Shown: piece by piece, positions 38,774-48,838 of the stretch
Layout of the letters: each line of letters starts with the position of its first letter
Position numbering within the stretch: position 1 is the first letter of the stretch
Source of the DNA: Promethearchaeota archaeon
GTDB lineage: Archaea > Asgardarchaeota > Heimdallarchaeia > Hodarchaeales > Hodarchaeaceae
DNA: 64,000 bases
NCBI GenBank assembly: GCA_048938105.1
Contig: JBHLMN010000004.1
Coordinates: 64,001 to 128,000, forward strand
Reading direction: 5' to 3'
The notes under the pieces: generated by a model
Told to the model about the DNA's origin: nothing
The model's input: the letters and a program-made list of their open reading frames with translations, nothing else
Databases searched by the model: none
Position numbers and translations under genes: made by a program

Positions 38774-40483
38774 TTGACGGTGATCACAAATTTATACTTA
38801 CAAAACTTCAAGGGATTCGGAGATCCAGGTCAAGACATACCAATGAATAGGATAACGCTGCTATTTGGTGCTAATAGTGCTGGAAAAACATCAATTATTC
38901 AAGCTCTTCTCATGCTTCACCAGACAATTACTGAAGTGGCCGATCCTTCAACAGTCTTGCTACCAAATGGGGCCCTCGTCTCGTTGGGAAGTTTTAGGGA
39001 ATTTATCCACAAACATGATTTAGATCGAGTAATAAAAATTGGAATCGAATCAGAAAATGAGAATAAAATTGATTTCTCATTTCGATTAAGAAAAGATCTC
39101 ATGGAAATGTCTAGCTTTGAGGGGAGCCCAAAAGAGTGGTTAAAGAAGAATTCAAATATACAAAACTGGGATTCTATTCGTTTTCATGGGGAAATAACTA
39201 GTAGAAATCAATATAAAGTTAATCTGATAAATTTTCAAGAATCTTTCGATGAAATACTCAATGATACAGAGAGAATAAACGATTTAATCAAAGAACTTGA
39301 AAGAAGAAAAGAATTTACTCAAAAAACAATTAAATTGCTTGAAGGAGAAGGGATACCGATTGAAAGGAAAGGATCCTCTGAAGAAGATAAGAGTATTTAT
39401 TATAATAAAATGATGAAATTTCTTTTTACTAATATTTTCAAATCAATTCAAGAAGGTGGGGAAACAAAACCGCAGGATGAACTCAAGAGTCTAATTTCTT
39501 ATTTATCACCCCAAGATTTTGAATTCACAACCAATTTGATGAAATATCTAAGTGGTAAAGAGCTACTACAGGTCTTTAATGAGGCAATTGAGACAATAAA
39601 AAAGGGAAAAATAAGTCATTTACTGGATTTCGAAGAAACAATGACTCTACATAGCCCGTTCAGGACTGGTTTTACCATTGAACCAAAGATAGAGAAATTT
39701 CTTAGTGCTGATTGTAATAAAGACCAAATAAGAAAAATAATCGTAACAGATACTTTTCGTGAATATTTTAAGATTCCATCTATGAGAGAGAGTATTGAAT
39801 ACACCATTAATAGGATTAATAATTACTTATCTAGAATTCTTTTCTTAGGGCCATTAAGACATGAACCTGAACGGTACTACTTCTTCTCTGGTAATGTTCC
39901 ATCGAATGTGGGTAAAAAAGGCACTAAAACGGCTGAAACATTATTTTATTCTCAAGAGATTCAAAATGCCGTTAATCAAAAATTAAATGAATTGGGTATT
40001 GATTATCACATTAATGTCACCCCAATATCAGGAGAAGCTAAGGATATCTTTAGTGTCCGGTTATTGGATCAAACACTGAAAACAGATTTGAGTATTTCAG
40101 ATGTAGGCTTTGGAATTAGTCAAATCCTACCAATAATCGTTCAATCATATTTATCAACAAGTAATATCATATGTATTGAACAGCCAGAAATACATGTTCA
40201 TCCTCGATTGCAAACAGAGCTCGCCCAGTTATTTTTTGAAAGAGTTTATGAAAATAAGGAACTTCAATATATCATTGAAACACATAGTGAACACATTATT
40301 CTTCGTTTTCAAAAATTAATCAGAGAAAGGCAATTAAAACCTCAAGATATCTCAGTTATCTATGTCATGAAAAAAGAGGAAGGGATAATATGTAAAAAAC
40401 TTGAAATCGACTCAAAAGGTGATTTCATTGATCCTTGGCCAGAAGGATTTTTTGAGGAGGCATTTAGAGAGAGATTTGGGTAA
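38774..40483 (+). CDS. ABC-type (AAA_15/AAA_21) ATPase with a DUF3696-like C-terminus
   Basis: LQNFKGF, Walker A GANSAGKT, signature VGFGISQ, Walker B IEQPE, ETHSEH and C-terminal WPEGFF. Confidence 0.88.
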   Translation: MTVITNLYLQNFKGFGDPGQDIPMNRITLLFGANSAGKTSIIQALLMLHQTITEVADPSTVLLPNGALVSLGSFREFIHKHDLDRVIKIGIESENENKIDFSFRLRKDLMEMSSFEGSPKEWLKKNSNIQNWDSIRFHGEITSRNQYKVNLINFQESFDEILNDTERINDLIKELERRKEFTQKTIKLLEGEGIPIERKGSSEEDKSIYYNKMMKFLFTNIFKSIQEGGETKPQDELKSLISYLSPQDFEFTTNLMKYLSGKELLQVFNEAIETIKKGKISHLLDFEETMTLHSPFRTGFTIEPKIEKFLSADCNKDQIRKIIVTDTFREYFKIPSMRESIEYTINRINNYLSRILFLGPLRHEPERYYFFSGNVPSNVGKKGTKTAETLFYSQEIQNAVNQKLNELGIDYHINVTPISGEAKDIFSVRLLDQTLKTDLSISDVGFGISQILPIIVQSYLSTSNIICIEQPEIHVHPRLQTELAQLFFERVYENKELQYIIETHSEHIILRFQKLIRERQLKPQDISVIYVMKKEEGIICKKLEIDSKGDFIDPWPEGFFEEAFRERFG

Positions 40484-40489
40484 AAAGAA

Positions 40490-41524
40490 ATGAAATTTCA
40501 CTTAATTTCACTTTCCCCAAGCTGCTTTGGAAATAACAAGAACTTAGAACTTACAATTAGGATACTTAATTATTTATTTCGTCAAACAATATTAATCAAC
40601 TATCAAAACTTATATGGTAAAATTGTGAATGAATCCCGTACATACTTGGATCATAATCGATTGAAAGATTTTGAATTGATACTACTTATGTACGATAAAG
40701 AGAAACGAATAGTAGAAGTATCGGAGATTGGTGATCATAATTTTACTTCTTTATGCAAACTAAATCGCTTCCTATTTGAACGAGGTATTACCATTCTTTA
40801 TTCAAAGGAAGACTTGCACTCTTCATTAACAACCTCATGTAAGGATTTTTGTTTTATGGTTAATGAGTCAGATCAAGACGATATTAAGACTTATACGGAG
40901 AAATATCCAGTCCCACCATCACAAGAAATTCGTCTAGAAAAAAGTCACGATAGTGATTGGATGGCTACTAATATTTACATTCCACTTTTAACATGTTCCT
41001 CTAAAGTAGAAATCATAGATCCATTCATTGGAAGGGAATTACACGACATTTCTGATGTTCACATTGATAAATGGTTGACAGAGAGCCAATGGATATTCTC
41101 ATTAACAGAGATATTTAAAATCTTTAAAGTTCAATCCATTTATCGAGAAAAACATTATTCAATCCATACTGCTGTGCGAATTGATGAAGAGGATAAGGCG
41201 GTAGAGGCAGCAAAGAGATTTCGTAAATTTTTTCTAAACGCTCCAGATGTTGAAGTCAAATTCATTTTATATGTTTACGAGAAATTGTTTAATCCACCAG
41301 AAGAATTCCCCCATGATAGGTATATATTCTCAAATAATGTAGGAGTGAATATTGGAATCGGTATTGACACAATAAACCCAGAAGATGAACAAGTGAGACG
41401 AGAAACCCAATTAACTGCGATTGGGATAAGTACAGTGACTTCTGTAATGTCTCAGCTCAAAAGCCTTCCAGATAGCACGACACACACGAAAAAAAGACGA
41501 ATATTAAGAAAAAGAACCATTTAG
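40490..41524 (+). CDS. Putative effector with a C-terminal PLD-like (MIT_C-type) domain
   Basis: VEIIDPFI ... PHDRYIFSN..GVNIGIGID matches the DPY/HDR/IGRGLD pattern; starts 6 bp after the ATPase. Confidence 0.55.
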   Translation: MKFHLISLSPSCFGNNKNLELTIRILNYLFRQTILINYQNLYGKIVNESRTYLDHNRLKDFELILLMYDKEKRIVEVSEIGDHNFTSLCKLNRFLFERGITILYSKEDLHSSLTTSCKDFCFMVNESDQDDIKTYTEKYPVPPSQEIRLEKSHDSDWMATNIYIPLLTCSSKVEIIDPFIGRELHDISDVHIDKWLTESQWIFSLTEIFKIFKVQSIYREKHYSIHTAVRIDEEDKAVEAAKRFRKFFLNAPDVEVKFILYVYEKLFNPPEEFPHDRYIFSNNVGVNIGIGIDTINPEDEQVRRETQLTAIGISTVTSVMSQLKSLPDSTTHTKKRRILRKRTI

Positions 41525-41572
41525 TCGCCTATTAATCTAGAGTGAACAAAAATTAGGATGTAAACAATTATT

Positions 41573-41701
41573 TTAGATAGAGCGTTGCTTTTCGAATTCT
41601 TCAATAGCATCTAAAAGCTTATCTTTGATATGTTTAGGAATCTCTGGAGTTATTATACTATAAAGAAGACGTTCATCGTCCATGGTTTCCACTAAAAGCA
41701 T
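41573..41701 (-). CDS. Unannotated 42-aa protein MLLVETMDDERLLYSIITPEIPKHIKDKLLDAIEEFEKQRSI
   Basis: Translated by hand. 24/42 identical and the same length as the ORF at 54580-54708. Confidence 0.8.
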   Translation of the reverse strand: MLLVETMDDERLLYSIITPEIPKHIKDKLLDAIEEFEKQRSI

Positions 41702-42176
41702 TTCAAATCACAGAGATTTAATTGCCAGTACAAGATGGAAAATCGCATTCCCCTATTAAAATGTGGGTGATAATGAGGGAGTACGCAAGATTGTTTTGAT
41801 GATCAATAATAATGTCGGACATATTTCTTATAATAACCTATTTTCATTATTAGGGAAATAGAAGATTTATATTTGGGAATTATTATTAAAACAGCATTTG
41901 AAAGATTTTTTAGTTTCCTTTTCTGATGTAGATTTTTCAAAGTCCTTTATCTTATTTATGAGAGACTTTATTAAGAATATGTGTCTTTTTCACAAGTATC
42001 CTGAATTGAATGTACAAAAATTCTTGGTATTAATTGCTAAAGATATGAAAATGATACATAATAATTTTATTAGGCAAAAGAAAACACTAATTTGCTTCAT
42101 GGTTAAGAGAAATTTTTTTAATACTTTTTTGATTGGATTTACAGTCCTTTCGACATTATTGAAAGGAGGAGAAAAA

Positions 42177-43880
42177 ATGAAAGAAGCAAAATTGTTTCAA
42201 TTTATTGCCCTAATATCAATTGTTACTTTAGCACCGATGCTTACAGGAACTAAAATTCTTCCTGCTATACCCGCAAATGTTAAAGTAGACGAAATCCCTG
42301 GGGAAATAGGTCCAGGAACGTTGCCTGACTGGCACGAAGACGCACAGGTACAACTAGGTTGGATTTTTGATGACCCCACCAATCCCCAAGAAAGCACCCC
42401 CCTTCCAGGGTGGGATAAAGCCATTGGTGATATTCCTGTTTGGTCTTATATTCCAAATCGTACCGCATTTGGCTATCCCGCTCAATGGTACATCCGTATA
42501 CCTAATCTAATCAATGATAATCCATCCAAGAAATTCTGGATCAGCTGGGTCTACGAATTCGATACTTACCTACCTGAAGGTCTTCGTTCAGCTACTAACC
42601 TTGAATGGTATCCTGATTCTGGCCATGGAGAACCCCAGTATCTCGAAGAATGGTTTGATAGTGATGGTGAGCTGACCACAGATTTTTTACAGGCGACCCA
42701 TGCTCGCGTGACACAAAATCTCGATTTGTACCCCAATCCTCAATATGAAGACGTCTGGCTTGGAGTATACGGAGGTTCTAAGAACGCGGTAGAGGTATAT
42801 ATCAAAACACTCTGCGTTGAAGAAGTCGAACCTGTAACAATAGGTCCAGGAACATTACCTGACTGGCACGAAGACGCCCAAGTTCAGCTAGGTTGGATCT
42901 TCGATGACCCCACCAATCCTCAAAACACCAGCCCCCTACCAGGATGGGATAAAGCCATTGGTGATACTCCCGTTTGGTCTTATAATCCAAACCAAACAAT
43001 ACTTGATCAACCAGGACAATGGTACATTCGAATCCCTAATTTGGATAATGACAATCCAGCTAAAAAAGTCTGGATCAGTTGGGTCTATGAATTTGATCCT
43101 TATTTTGAAGGAGTCCAAGCAGCAACAAACCTGGATTGGTATCCTAACTCTGGCAGTGACAATCCTCAGATTCTCGAGGAGTGGTTTGATGGTGAAGGTG
43201 TTTTAACCACAAATCAATCAGAGGTGGCATATGGCAGAATAACGGGTGGTCTTGATCTATATCCCAATCCATTATATGAAGACATTTGGCTTGGGTTGTA
43301 CAACTCTCTGAATGCGCGTGAGGTTTATATCAAAACACTTTGTGTTACTGAGCCTAAGCCTGAAATCGATGTTGATGTAGAAGTCACCTTAATCCTTAAA
43401 TTGAGTCCCGATACTTTCGAATTCACGACGGATATTGAGCTGGGTTCCAACAGTGAGATCGAAGTCTCCACAAATATCAAATTGACCTCCAACGGTATTG
43501 AAGTCACCGCAGATATTAGTCTAGGAACAAATAATCTTGAAATCGCCATGAATTTTGGATTGAATAGCAGTTTCGGTGAAGAACTCGGAGTTATCATTAA
43601 TATTAAACTAAAAACCTCAGAAGATGGCATGGAGATCATTACAGATTTTGAAATGAATACTCCGTCTAGTGTCATTCAAACCGTCATAGATATGAACATA
43701 GGCCCTGATAGCTTTGAATTCAGTTCCGATGTTGATTTGAGTAGTAGCTTTGATAATATTGAGGTCTCTACGAATTTCAGTTTGAACCCTGGCGGTATCT
43801 CAGCCAGTACAGATATAGATTTAGACTCTATCGAAGCTGTCCTTGATATTCTGCTGATTAGTGGTACCAATCCATCGTAA
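42177..43880 (+). CDS. Secreted acidic protein with two ~170-aa Trp/Pro-rich repeats and a beta-strand-rich C-terminal region
   Basis: True start is the ATG at 42177, after GGAGGAG; signal peptide; duplicated IGPGTLPDWHEDAQVQLGWIFDDP...IKTLCV. Confidence 0.85.
   Translation: MKEAKLFQFIALISIVTLAPMLTGTKILPAIPANVKVDEIPGEIGPGTLPDWHEDAQVQLGWIFDDPTNPQESTPLPGWDKAIGDIPVWSYIPNRTAFGYPAQWYIRIPNLINDNPSKKFWISWVYEFDTYLPEGLRSATNLEWYPDSGHGEPQYLEEWFDSDGELTTDFLQATHARVTQNLDLYPNPQYEDVWLGVYGGSKNAVEVYIKTLCVEEVEPVTIGPGTLPDWHEDAQVQLGWIFDDPTNPQNTSPLPGWDKAIGDTPVWSYNPNQTILDQPGQWYIRIPNLDNDNPAKKVWISWVYEFDPYFEGVQAATNLDWYPNSGSDNPQILEEWFDGEGVLTTNQSEVAYGRITGGLDLYPNPLYEDIWLGLYNSLNAREVYIKTLCVTEPKPEIDVDVEVTLILKLSPDTFEFTTDIELGSNSEIEVSTNIKLTSNGIEVTADISLGTNNLEIAMNFGLNSSFGEELGVIINIKLKTSEDGMEIITDFEMNTPSSVIQTVIDMNIGPDSFEFSSDVDLSSSFDNIEVSTNFSLNPGGISASTDIDLDSIEAVLDILLISGTNPS
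42306..43346 (+). repeat. Intragenic duplication: 42306-42818 and 42840-43346
   Basis: Clear DNA-level similarity at a 534-bp offset. Confidence 0.9.
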
Positions 43881-43896
43881 TAAAATTAAAGGCAAA

Positions 43897-43929
43897 GGTC
43901 ACAAGAAGTGACCCCTCCTCTTTTTTTTT
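43897..43929 (+). terminator. Hairpin GGTCAC-aagaa-GTGACC followed by a T9 tract
   Basis: Begins 16 bp after the stop at 43880. Confidence 0.65.
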
Positions 43930-43961
43930 GTCTATCAGTGATATTCCAATGCATAACTCAA

Positions 43962-45200
43962 TTAAATTTTTTCTTTCTGCTTTTTTTTCCAAATTATTAG
44001 TAGTGGAACTGTAAGAAGTATAGATAAAAGGCCTATTGGAGAGGAAGTCTGAATTGTGCTGCTACTTGAACTAGGAAGATTTGTTAGATTAGTAATCATG
44101 TTGTCACTTGATTCAGTAATCACACTTGAACTGTTCGTATGCATTGGTTGAGTGCTTATTGTTGTTGGCGTGATTGCAGGTATTACTGTAGATGTTGCTG
44201 TAGATGTAGGTGTTGTTGTGGATGTAGATGTTGCTGTGGATGTAGGTGTTGTTGTGGATGTAGATGTTGCTGTGGATGTAGGTGTTGTTGTGGATGTAGG
44301 TGTTGTTGTAGTACTGACCACGGTATTCGTGATAGGTTCATCAGTCAATTCTTCGAAACCATATCTAGTTATTGCTAACCTTGTCGCGTTACCAAAAGTT
44401 GTGTTTACAAATAGGGAATAGTGAAATCTAGTCATTAAGTTATATGTTAAATCCGCTACAATATTAAAATCAGTGATCGAAACATATTTCCAATATCCAT
44501 ATGATGTGTTTGTTTCTTTCGTCCCATTATGCCGAAAAGACATAGAAAAATTGTCTTCAATTATTGCAGCATCAGAATCCACATACCAAGTACTAGTTAT
44601 ATTATCTGATATTGAAGTGTTCGTTCTAGGATAATCTCCTGTTGTCTCATTTACCAATTCCATATAGAATGTGTGGTTGGTGCCTATAAATACTGGAGGC
44701 CCAAGAGACTCTTCACTACCACTTGAAGAGCCTGGAGAGGAGAAATCAATAGATTCAGGGGATGCTATATCGAAGCCAAAACTTGAAAGTAATGCTAACA
44801 CGAAATAATGGAGTACCCAAGCATCTGTCATTGTGCTTAGTTCACTGGTGTCATTACGGATTCTTTGGGAAATATTAATTGTGTATATTGGCCCCAAAAG
44901 TGAGCTAAATAAATCGCTCCCGTTACCTTTCTGAATAGTTTTTACATCGATCTTGAATATATCACCCTCCATTGTTTCATTGGTGAGGCCAAACATATTA
45001 AGAAGGTTAAGCTCAGTAGTTTCATCCATAAAGTCTGATCCATTGATCTCTAACAAAATTTCGAGATCTGTGATTCTGAATTCAAAAATATCTCCGATTT
45101 TTATTGCTAATTCGGGGTATTCAGATGAAACAGCTTGAAAATTCAAGAGTAAGATAAAAATTAGTGAAAAAGAGATACCTTTAAGATATCTAGACTCTAT
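43962..45200 (-). CDS. Cell-surface glycoprotein with Thr-rich linker and C-terminal TM anchor
   Basis: Many NxS/T sequons; SPIG + TM + KKK tail. The frame extends upstream of 45146 into a signal peptide, with a likely ATA start at 45200. Confidence 0.75.
   Translation of the reverse strand: MESRYLKGISFSLIFILLLNFQAVSSEYPELAIKIGDIFEFRITDLEILLEINGSDFMDETTELNLLNMFGLTNETMEGDIFKIDVKTIQKGNGSDLFSSLLGPIYTINISQRIRNDTSELSTMTDAWVLHYFVLALLSSFGFDIASPESIDFSSPGSSSGSEESLGPPVFIGTNHTFYMELVNETTGDYPRTNTSISDNITSTWYVDSDAAIIEDNFSMSFRHNGTKETNTSYGYWKYVSITDFNIVADLTYNLMTRFHYSLFVNTTFGNATRLAITRYGFEELTDEPITNTVVSTTTTPTSTTTPTSTATSTSTTTPTSTATSTSTTTPTSTATSTVIPAITPTTISTQPMHTNSSSVITESSDNMITNLTNLPSSSSSTIQTSSPIGLLSILLTVPLLIIWKKKQKEKI
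44186..44310. repeat. 36-bp tandem repeat (~3 copies) encoding TSTTTPTSTA-like units
   Basis: Repeated tgtggatgtaggtgttgttgtggatgtagatgttgc. Confidence 0.85.
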
Positions 45201-45275
45201 TTTAATCCCCTCAACACTTTGAGATTACTTTTAAATAATCTATTAGTAAATGAAATAAGAACTTAACTAAATTAA

Positions 45276-45314
45276 ATCTCCGGATAATTTTATCCGAGAT
45301 GAAAAATCCGGATA
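45276..45314. promoter_or_regulatory. Inverted repeat ATCTCcGGATAA-tt-TTATCCGAGAT plus a third CCGGATA half-site
   Basis: Intergenic, upstream of the surface-protein gene; operator or terminator hairpin. Confidence 0.45.
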
Positions 45315-45373
45315 GAGGGATTAGAGCGTATTTTTTGGGATTAATAAATTCGTAAGAGATTTGAGTCTTGGAC

Positions 45374-46705
45374 TCAGAAAGATTCTTTCAATTCCTGTAC
45401 CTTTGTTTTTATTAGTTCAGGGGCTTGTTTGAGAATACCAGGAGCTTCAGAACGAGGTTTTCCTTTGAATCTCCAAAGAATAATAATATACACTAATCCT
45501 ATTAATCCTGCAAGTAGTTCTAACTGTTGTATCTTCAACTGATCTGGATAACCAGTTATAACAGCGATAGCTGCATTTTCTAGAGAATAATAAAAACCCC
45601 AAATGCTCATGACGAACAGAACTAATGTTTTCGAATATGGATGAAGACAGTTGATTCGTTCGATTGGATTAACACGTTCAATACCATTCAGCGGCTCCAT
45701 CCGTTGTTCAATACCAAGAACTCTCCATACACCTAAAATTATTGCCAAAAAAAGGCCTAATAAGTCGAGTATACTAGTCAGTTCAGCTAAAGAACCACTT
45801 GAACTAGCAATGATAGGAATCATTGAGGTGGAAATGATTAATAGACTAAAACCTAGATAAAAAGGTAATATTCCTTTTTTACGTTCTCTTGTCGGTTCTG
45901 TACCCTTGATATGATCTTTAATAAACCATAAGAGCATAAACATAAAGGAGATGACAACTATCCCAGATAAAGTACTCCTATAGGATGCAATTGCTGGTTT
46001 AAACAGAGAAAAATCAAAAGAATTGAAAATAGAAAGCTCTATAAACTCACCTGATGTTCTATTAAAACCTAAAAGGATAGCAGCTATTAGTGGACCAAAA
46101 AGGCCAATTACTGATAAAATAATAAGAGCAAATAAACTATATCTGGAATAGCTTTCTAGAGGATAATCTGTATCAATAATATCAATAAAAATCAAGATTC
46201 CATTTAATAAGAAGAATGGCTCTAAGAACATCCAAATATAAAACATTAAAGGCCCCAAAGCCACTATCACAAAAAATGTAGATATTATCGAAATGTATAC
46301 AATGGCAACAGTCAGACCTGTAAAGAATATGGTAGATAGAATCAAAAGAATTTTGTATCTTGTACGGAAAGATGGAAGTTTTGGTTTTTGAAGAAAATTA
46401 GGTAGTTTTCCATTTTTAAATAGACTAAACAATGCCATTGCAGAAATGTATAGGTATAAAACCGCAGCTAAGGATAAAAAACTGGATGGAGTAATTGCTG
46501 GCTCCTCTCCCCTTAGAAAAGCGGAATGAACTCCTTCTATTGCTTCGGGGGACAAACTGGCAAAGTGCAAGAACGTTAAAATGAATGACAGAATATAGAA
46601 TGTTAATATCAATACCTTATGCCGTGAAATAACTAGATTTTCCTCTGAATCCACTTCGAAAACGAGGAGCTGGAAATCAGACAATTTCTCTGTGACATTA
46701 ACCAT
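45374..46705 (-). CDS. Polytopic membrane protein (~11 TM), function unknown
   Basis: Long hydrophobic ORF; no recognisable motif. Confidence 0.75.
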   Translation of the reverse strand: MVNVTEKLSDFQLLVFEVDSEENLVISRHKVLILTFYILSFILTFLHFASLSPEAIEGVHSAFLRGEEPAITPSSFLSLAAVLYLYISAMALFSLFKNGKLPNFLQKPKLPSFRTRYKILLILSTIFFTGLTVAIVYISIISTFFVIVALGPLMFYIWMFLEPFFLLNGILIFIDIIDTDYPLESYSRYSLFALIILSVIGLFGPLIAAILLGFNRTSGEFIELSIFNSFDFSLFKPAIASYRSTLSGIVVISFMFMLLWFIKDHIKGTEPTRERKKGILPFYLGFSLLIISTSMIPIIASSSGSLAELTSILDLLGLFLAIILGVWRVLGIEQRMEPLNGIERVNPIERINCLHPYSKTLVLFVMSIWGFYYSLENAAIAVITGYPDQLKIQQLELLAGLIGLVYIIILWRFKGKPRSEAPGILKQAPELIKTKVQELKESF

Positions 46706-46905
46706 AAGGGAATGTCTCCAGTATAATTGGAAATTATTGAATAAGGATTCATTGACTTGTTAAAAAGAATTCTAGTCTGCAAGTTAGAATTGATGAGGTC
46801 AAAATATCTACAGAGATTTCGTTCAAAAGAAGTTTCAAGCGTACTTAATATTATAAAGCACTTTCTATTTTTTTTTCATAACGACTTTGAATAACAAGCT
46901 TTATA

Positions 46906-47469
46906 CTACAAGCTTCTTTCTCTTCGTAATTGATCATCTAATAGCTTGATTTTATTCTCAACTTTTTCAATTACTTCTTCCATCGAGCCAAGATAGAAGT
47001 CATAGTAGTTGTAGAAAGTTTCCCCAACCTCTAAAATGTGTCTTGCTTCAGGAGTATCTTGAACTTCCTTGGGTAACTCCATCCATGCTTTCTCATGTTT
47101 TTCTAACTTGTTCATTTGCTGACGAAGCAGTTCAGAGGCCATCTTCATCCTATCAGCAAATGTCTTAAGAAAAGATCCAGAGCCAACATGGTATACCTTC
47201 TCCCTGGATCCCTTCGGCCGTCTTTTCGTTACAAAGAGAGCATTTTCAAGGTCTTTTAGGGTTTTAGATACTTGTCCACGAGAATAACCAGATGCTTCTA
47301 CGAGTTCTTTTTGGGTAAATGGTTTGGTTGATAATAAAATTATAGCGTACAATCGTCCTGCAACAGGATTATTTCCCCTAAGAGCCCAAATTTCTTCAAA
47401 TAGCTGAATAATACCGTTTCTAAATTCTTGTAACGTTTTTTCTGGAGAGTTAGATTCCGATTCCGTCAT
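46906..47469 (-). CDS. GbsR/MarR-family transcriptional regulator
   Basis: wHTH (GRLYAIILLS.KPFTQKELVEASGYSRGQVSKTL...GSREKVY) followed by a coiled coil. Confidence 0.85.
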   Translation of the reverse strand: MTESESNSPEKTLQEFRNGIIQLFEEIWALRGNNPVAGRLYAIILLSTKPFTQKELVEASGYSRGQVSKTLKDLENALFVTKRRPKGSREKVYHVGSGSFLKTFADRMKMASELLRQQMNKLEKHEKAWMELPKEVQDTPEARHILEVGETFYNYYDFYLGSMEEVIEKVENKIKLLDDQLRRERSL

Positions 47470-47552
47470 CTATCATCAAATAATGATGATTTGGGTTTAA
47501 TTTTTATATTTACCAAATTTTCCAAAAACAGAAAAAGTTTTGATTCCTCCTT

Positions 47553-48830
47553 TTATTTCATTAATTGTTCAGCTATATCATCCTTAGCTTCAGCTATCTC
47601 TTTTTGGATCTCTAGATTAGTATTTCTTTCATTTGTCATTTGTTTGGTTTTTTCATCAATCCTTTTAATGATATTTAAATCAAATTGATTGAGCCTAGTC
47701 TTCTCTTTAGTTGAATGATTCAGATTAGAGAAGTCACCTTTAACACTATCCCCACGCTCTGCTGTTTTGATTTCATTTATTCGCTCCTGGTCCACACTAG
47801 CAAGTCTATCAGCTGTGACTAAATTAGATGTTTCTAAGGGATTTTCACCTAAAAATACTTCAAGTTGGCGTTCATTATACTTTCTTAATTGATGGATTTC
47901 CTCTGGGGAAAGATCAGGTATCTGTGGATCATATGAGGAGTCTGGTAGTAAATCTTCCATGATTTTCGACTCGTCCATTACATTGTGTCTTTTTTTAGAT
48001 TCAGTTTCCGTCCTTGGAGAAGATGGAATTGTATTTTGGGAATTATTGTTTTGATTAATTTTTAGATGAGGAATGACATCCCTATTCTCAACCTTCTTAG
48101 AGGTGTAAGTTGGGGGTTGTGGAAATGTGTTATTTGAGGGAGAAGGAGGAGGGGATTGAGAAGATCTATCGAGAAAAGCACCATGATAATCATGGGTTCC
48201 GTTCTCTTCTCGTTGGAGATCAGAGGATAATAATGGAGTAAAAACCAATCCAGGAATGATTTTCTCAATCGCATTTTGAAAGTCCAAGCTACGTTCACGA
48301 ATATTAAAATGAAAGTCTTTTAGTTGATTCAGTGAGGATAATAACTGAGTATAATTACACTCAGGGTAATCTAATGTAAGATTTAAGATAGTATTACCAG
48401 AATCTTCAATGATTCGGAATTGATGTCCTTGAAGATTTTTCAAGACGGAAAGACGGAAGTCTTGAGGTTTCCTATCAACCTGAAAATTTATCAACACGGT
48501 TGTTAGGTTCTCTTTTTGGGAGTATAAGATAATAGCTTCTGGAATATCATCCAATTGAAAACGATCTTGGGTTGTTGGGAGATTGGTAAAATGAAAGGTC
48601 TCCAACTGGTGCTTAATATCTACATTATCCAAAATAAGGCCGAGAAAATATCCAACAGACCCCAGTACTAATACCATGAGAACACTTGCATCCGTAACAT
48701 AATAAAACAGGCATCCACAGAGAAAACCGATAATTGCGGTTAGCACACTGCGCTCTAACATTAATATTTCATCCATTATATGATATTTTGTTCCAGAGTA
48801 TTTATACTCAAAATCAGAGCTACTGGTCAT
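47553..48830 (-). CDS. Membrane-anchored protein: 2 N-terminal TMs, globular domain, disordered Pro/Ser-rich and coiled C-terminus
   Basis: Hydropathy judged by eye. The start may be ATG 48776, 30 nt after the promoter-motif TATA. Confidence 0.75.
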   Translation of the reverse strand: MTSSSDFEYKYSGTKYHIMDEILMLERSVLTAIIGFLCGCLFYYVTDASVLMVLVLGSVGYFLGLILDNVDIKHQLETFHFTNLPTTQDRFQLDDIPEAIILYSQKENLTTVLINFQVDRKPQDFRLSVLKNLQGHQFRIIEDSGNTILNLTLDYPECNYTQLLSSLNQLKDFHFNIRERSLDFQNAIEKIIPGLVFTPLLSSDLQREENGTHDYHGAFLDRSSQSPPPSPSNNTFPQPPTYTSKKVENRDVIPHLKINQNNNSQNTIPSSPRTETESKKRHNVMDESKIMEDLLPDSSYDPQIPDLSPEEIHQLRKYNERQLEVFLGENPLETSNLVTADRLASVDQERINEIKTAERGDSVKGDFSNLNHSTKEKTRLNQFDLNIIKRIDEKTKQMTNERNTNLEIQKEIAEAKDDIAEQLMK

Positions 48831-48838
48831 AGTGGCTA

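Noticed and set aside
41898-42176. N-terminal 93-aa extension of the secreted repeat protein
   Set aside because: It is AT-rich promoter-like sequence; the SD and signal peptide place the start at 42177.
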